Shown here one piece after another: positions 22,932-24,000 of a stretch of DNA of 24,000 bases. Under the pieces are notes generated by a model. That model ran no database searches and was not told the origin of the DNA. It saw only the letters and a program-made list of their open reading frames with translations. The stretch's first letter is position 1. Each line of letters starts with the position of its first letter. The position numbers and the translations under genes were made by a program. The DNA lies in NCBI RefSeq assembly GCF_018476905.1, contig NZ_JAHCVK010000010.1, positions 7,806 to 31,805 on the forward strand. The letters are read 5' to 3'. The DNA is from Geomobilimonas luticola (GTDB lineage: Bacteria; Desulfobacterota; Desulfuromonadia; Geobacterales; Geobacteraceae).

Positions 22932-24000
22932 TCATTGGTACTGGATATAGACCGGCTTCGGGTGGAGTTTGAGCACGTCCTGGGGAGTAAGCAGCGGATC
23001 CCCCTTCTTCGTATCGTTGTGGTAGAAGAGCTTGAAGCCGGTGTACTGCACCGGTTCGGCAACCACGTAATCCTTGTATGAATCCCGCTTCAGCCAGGGG
23101 GCGCCCCAGCCGTCCATGTTCATGACGATCTGCACCTCGGGGCGCAGCACGATGTTACGGGAATTCGTCACGCCGTTGCGGGTAAAACGGTGCACGACGA
23201 ACACCTTGGGGGGGAGATTGTATTTCTTTACCAAGTCTTTCAGGTAACCGGAGGCATAGTTTATGTCTGCCGCATCATACGTGCCGATCTTGGTCCCCGG
23301 TTTCTTCTTGCTCGCAATAAGGTTGAATTCCGGGTCGATCCCAAGGTGCACGTCCGGATTTTTCAGCAGCCATTCGAAGCGGGGGAGTATGGTCCGGATG
23401 TCGTCGTGCCCGGTCTGGATGTCGATGAACAGGATGGCGTTCGCCTCTTTGGCCCAACCGTACACCTGGTTTACGATGGCGTCGGGAATGATCATCCGAT
23501 ACTTGCCCGCCTTGCCCGGCTCACCCTGTGCCACGACTGCGATCAGGTGTAGCGCCGGCTGTACCGGGGTAGAGGGGTCCGCTTTCTCCCACCGGGCCGC
23601 TTCTTCCTTCAGGCGGCGCAGCATGTCGTCCTTGGGAAATTCTCCCAACGCTCCCATCTTCTTGGAAAGGGGATTGCCGTAGTAGGCAACGATTCGCTTC
23701 TGGGGCAGGATCGAGCCGGGGAGAGGCGTCGGGCACTTAACCGGCCAACCGCATTTGCTGGCAAAATCGGGGTCTTCTCCAGCATTGTACTTTATCTTGG
23801 GGGCCTTGTGCGCGGCAGAGGTTTGCGCGGCAAATGCTGTCGCTTTGCGGGATGCGGCGGTGTTTTGGGCCTGAACTGCCGAAGGTGTCGGGGTGCTTGC
23901 GGTACTTGTTGCCGGAGGCTGCGTGGTGTTTTGGGTTTCGCAGCCGGTCAGGGCAAGCGTAGCAAGTAACAGGGTGATACAGGTCCTGACGAAAGGGGGG
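22932..24000 (-). CDS. Conserved lipoprotein of unknown function (5'-partial; start lies beyond the window end)
   Basis: The frame is open from 24000 down to the stop at 22932. My translation of 23658-24000 gives '...PFVRTCITLLLATLALTGCETQNTTQPPATSTAST...' (lipobox LTGC, then a Thr/Ala/Pro-rich linker), continuing into the 241-aa ORF-track protein. I recognise no catalytic motif. Confidence 0.7.
   Translation of the reverse strand, partial: PPFVRTCITLLLATLALTGCETQNTTQPPATSTASTPTPSAVQAQNTAASRKATAFAAQTSAAHKAPKIKYNAGEDPDFASKCGWPVKCPTPLPGSILPQKRIVAYYGNPLSKKMGALGEFPKDDMLRRLKEEAARWEKADPSTPVQPALHLIAVVAQGEPGKAGKYRMIIPDAIVNQVYGWAKEANAILFIDIQTGHDDIRTILPRFEWLLKNPDVHLGIDPEFNLIASKKKPGTKIGTYDAADINYASGYLKDLVKKYNLPPKVFVVHRFTRNGVTNSRNIVLRPEVQIVMNMDGWGAPWLKRDSYKDYVVAEPVQYTGFKLFYHNDTKKGDPLLTPQDVLKLHPKPVYIQYQ

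Noticed and set aside
1-24000. Scan for CRISPR arrays, IS elements or transposase genes, integrases, tRNA/rRNA genes, and large direct or inverted repeats.
   Set aside because: None was recognised by eye. All substantial ORFs are accounted for by ordinary chromosomal genes, and no spaced repeat arrays were seen. A computational repeat or tRNA scan would be needed to be certain.

Overview
GC-rich bacterial chromosomal window that looks Geobacteraceae/Desulfuromonadales-like (an impression only; no marker gene was checked). It is densely coding, and I found no rRNA, tRNA, CRISPR array or mobile element. Minus-strand operon at 88-6044: fused APH-like/P-loop kinase, small 2-TM protein, 1079-aa sodium:solute-symporter-GAF-PP2C(SpoIIE) phosphatase, STAS antagonist, RsbW-like serine kinase. 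This is a partner-switching module with a transporter-like input. Plus-strand co-directional cluster at 6358-15195, with very short gaps or 1-4 nt overlaps: orphan heme-c (CxxCH) sensor domain, TPR lipoprotein, Opp/Dpp-family binding protein and two permeases (no ABC ATPase), 167-aa unknown, DUF815 AAA ATPase, then the mercury-methylation pair hgcA-hgcB (NVWCAAGK cap-helix motif; 2x[4Fe-4S] ferredoxin ending in CC). The main finding is in hgcA. Its reading frame continues upstream of the conventional GTG start, through one in-frame TGA preceded by a Cys codon. A perfect 17-nt stem-loop with a GGUCA loop sits 11 nt after that TGA, matching the geometry of the E. coli fdhF SECIS. This makes a Cys-Sec N-terminal tail on HgcA a candidate. 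The remaining genes are: secreted beta-carbonic anhydrase, OMP beta-barrel, PepF/M3B oligoendopeptidase, periplasmic DUF4410-like protein, a frameshifted ferritin-like/receiver response regulator, M23 peptidase, NUDIX hydrolase, DUF360 membrane protein, PaaI thioesterase, and a 5'-partial lipoprotein running off the window end.
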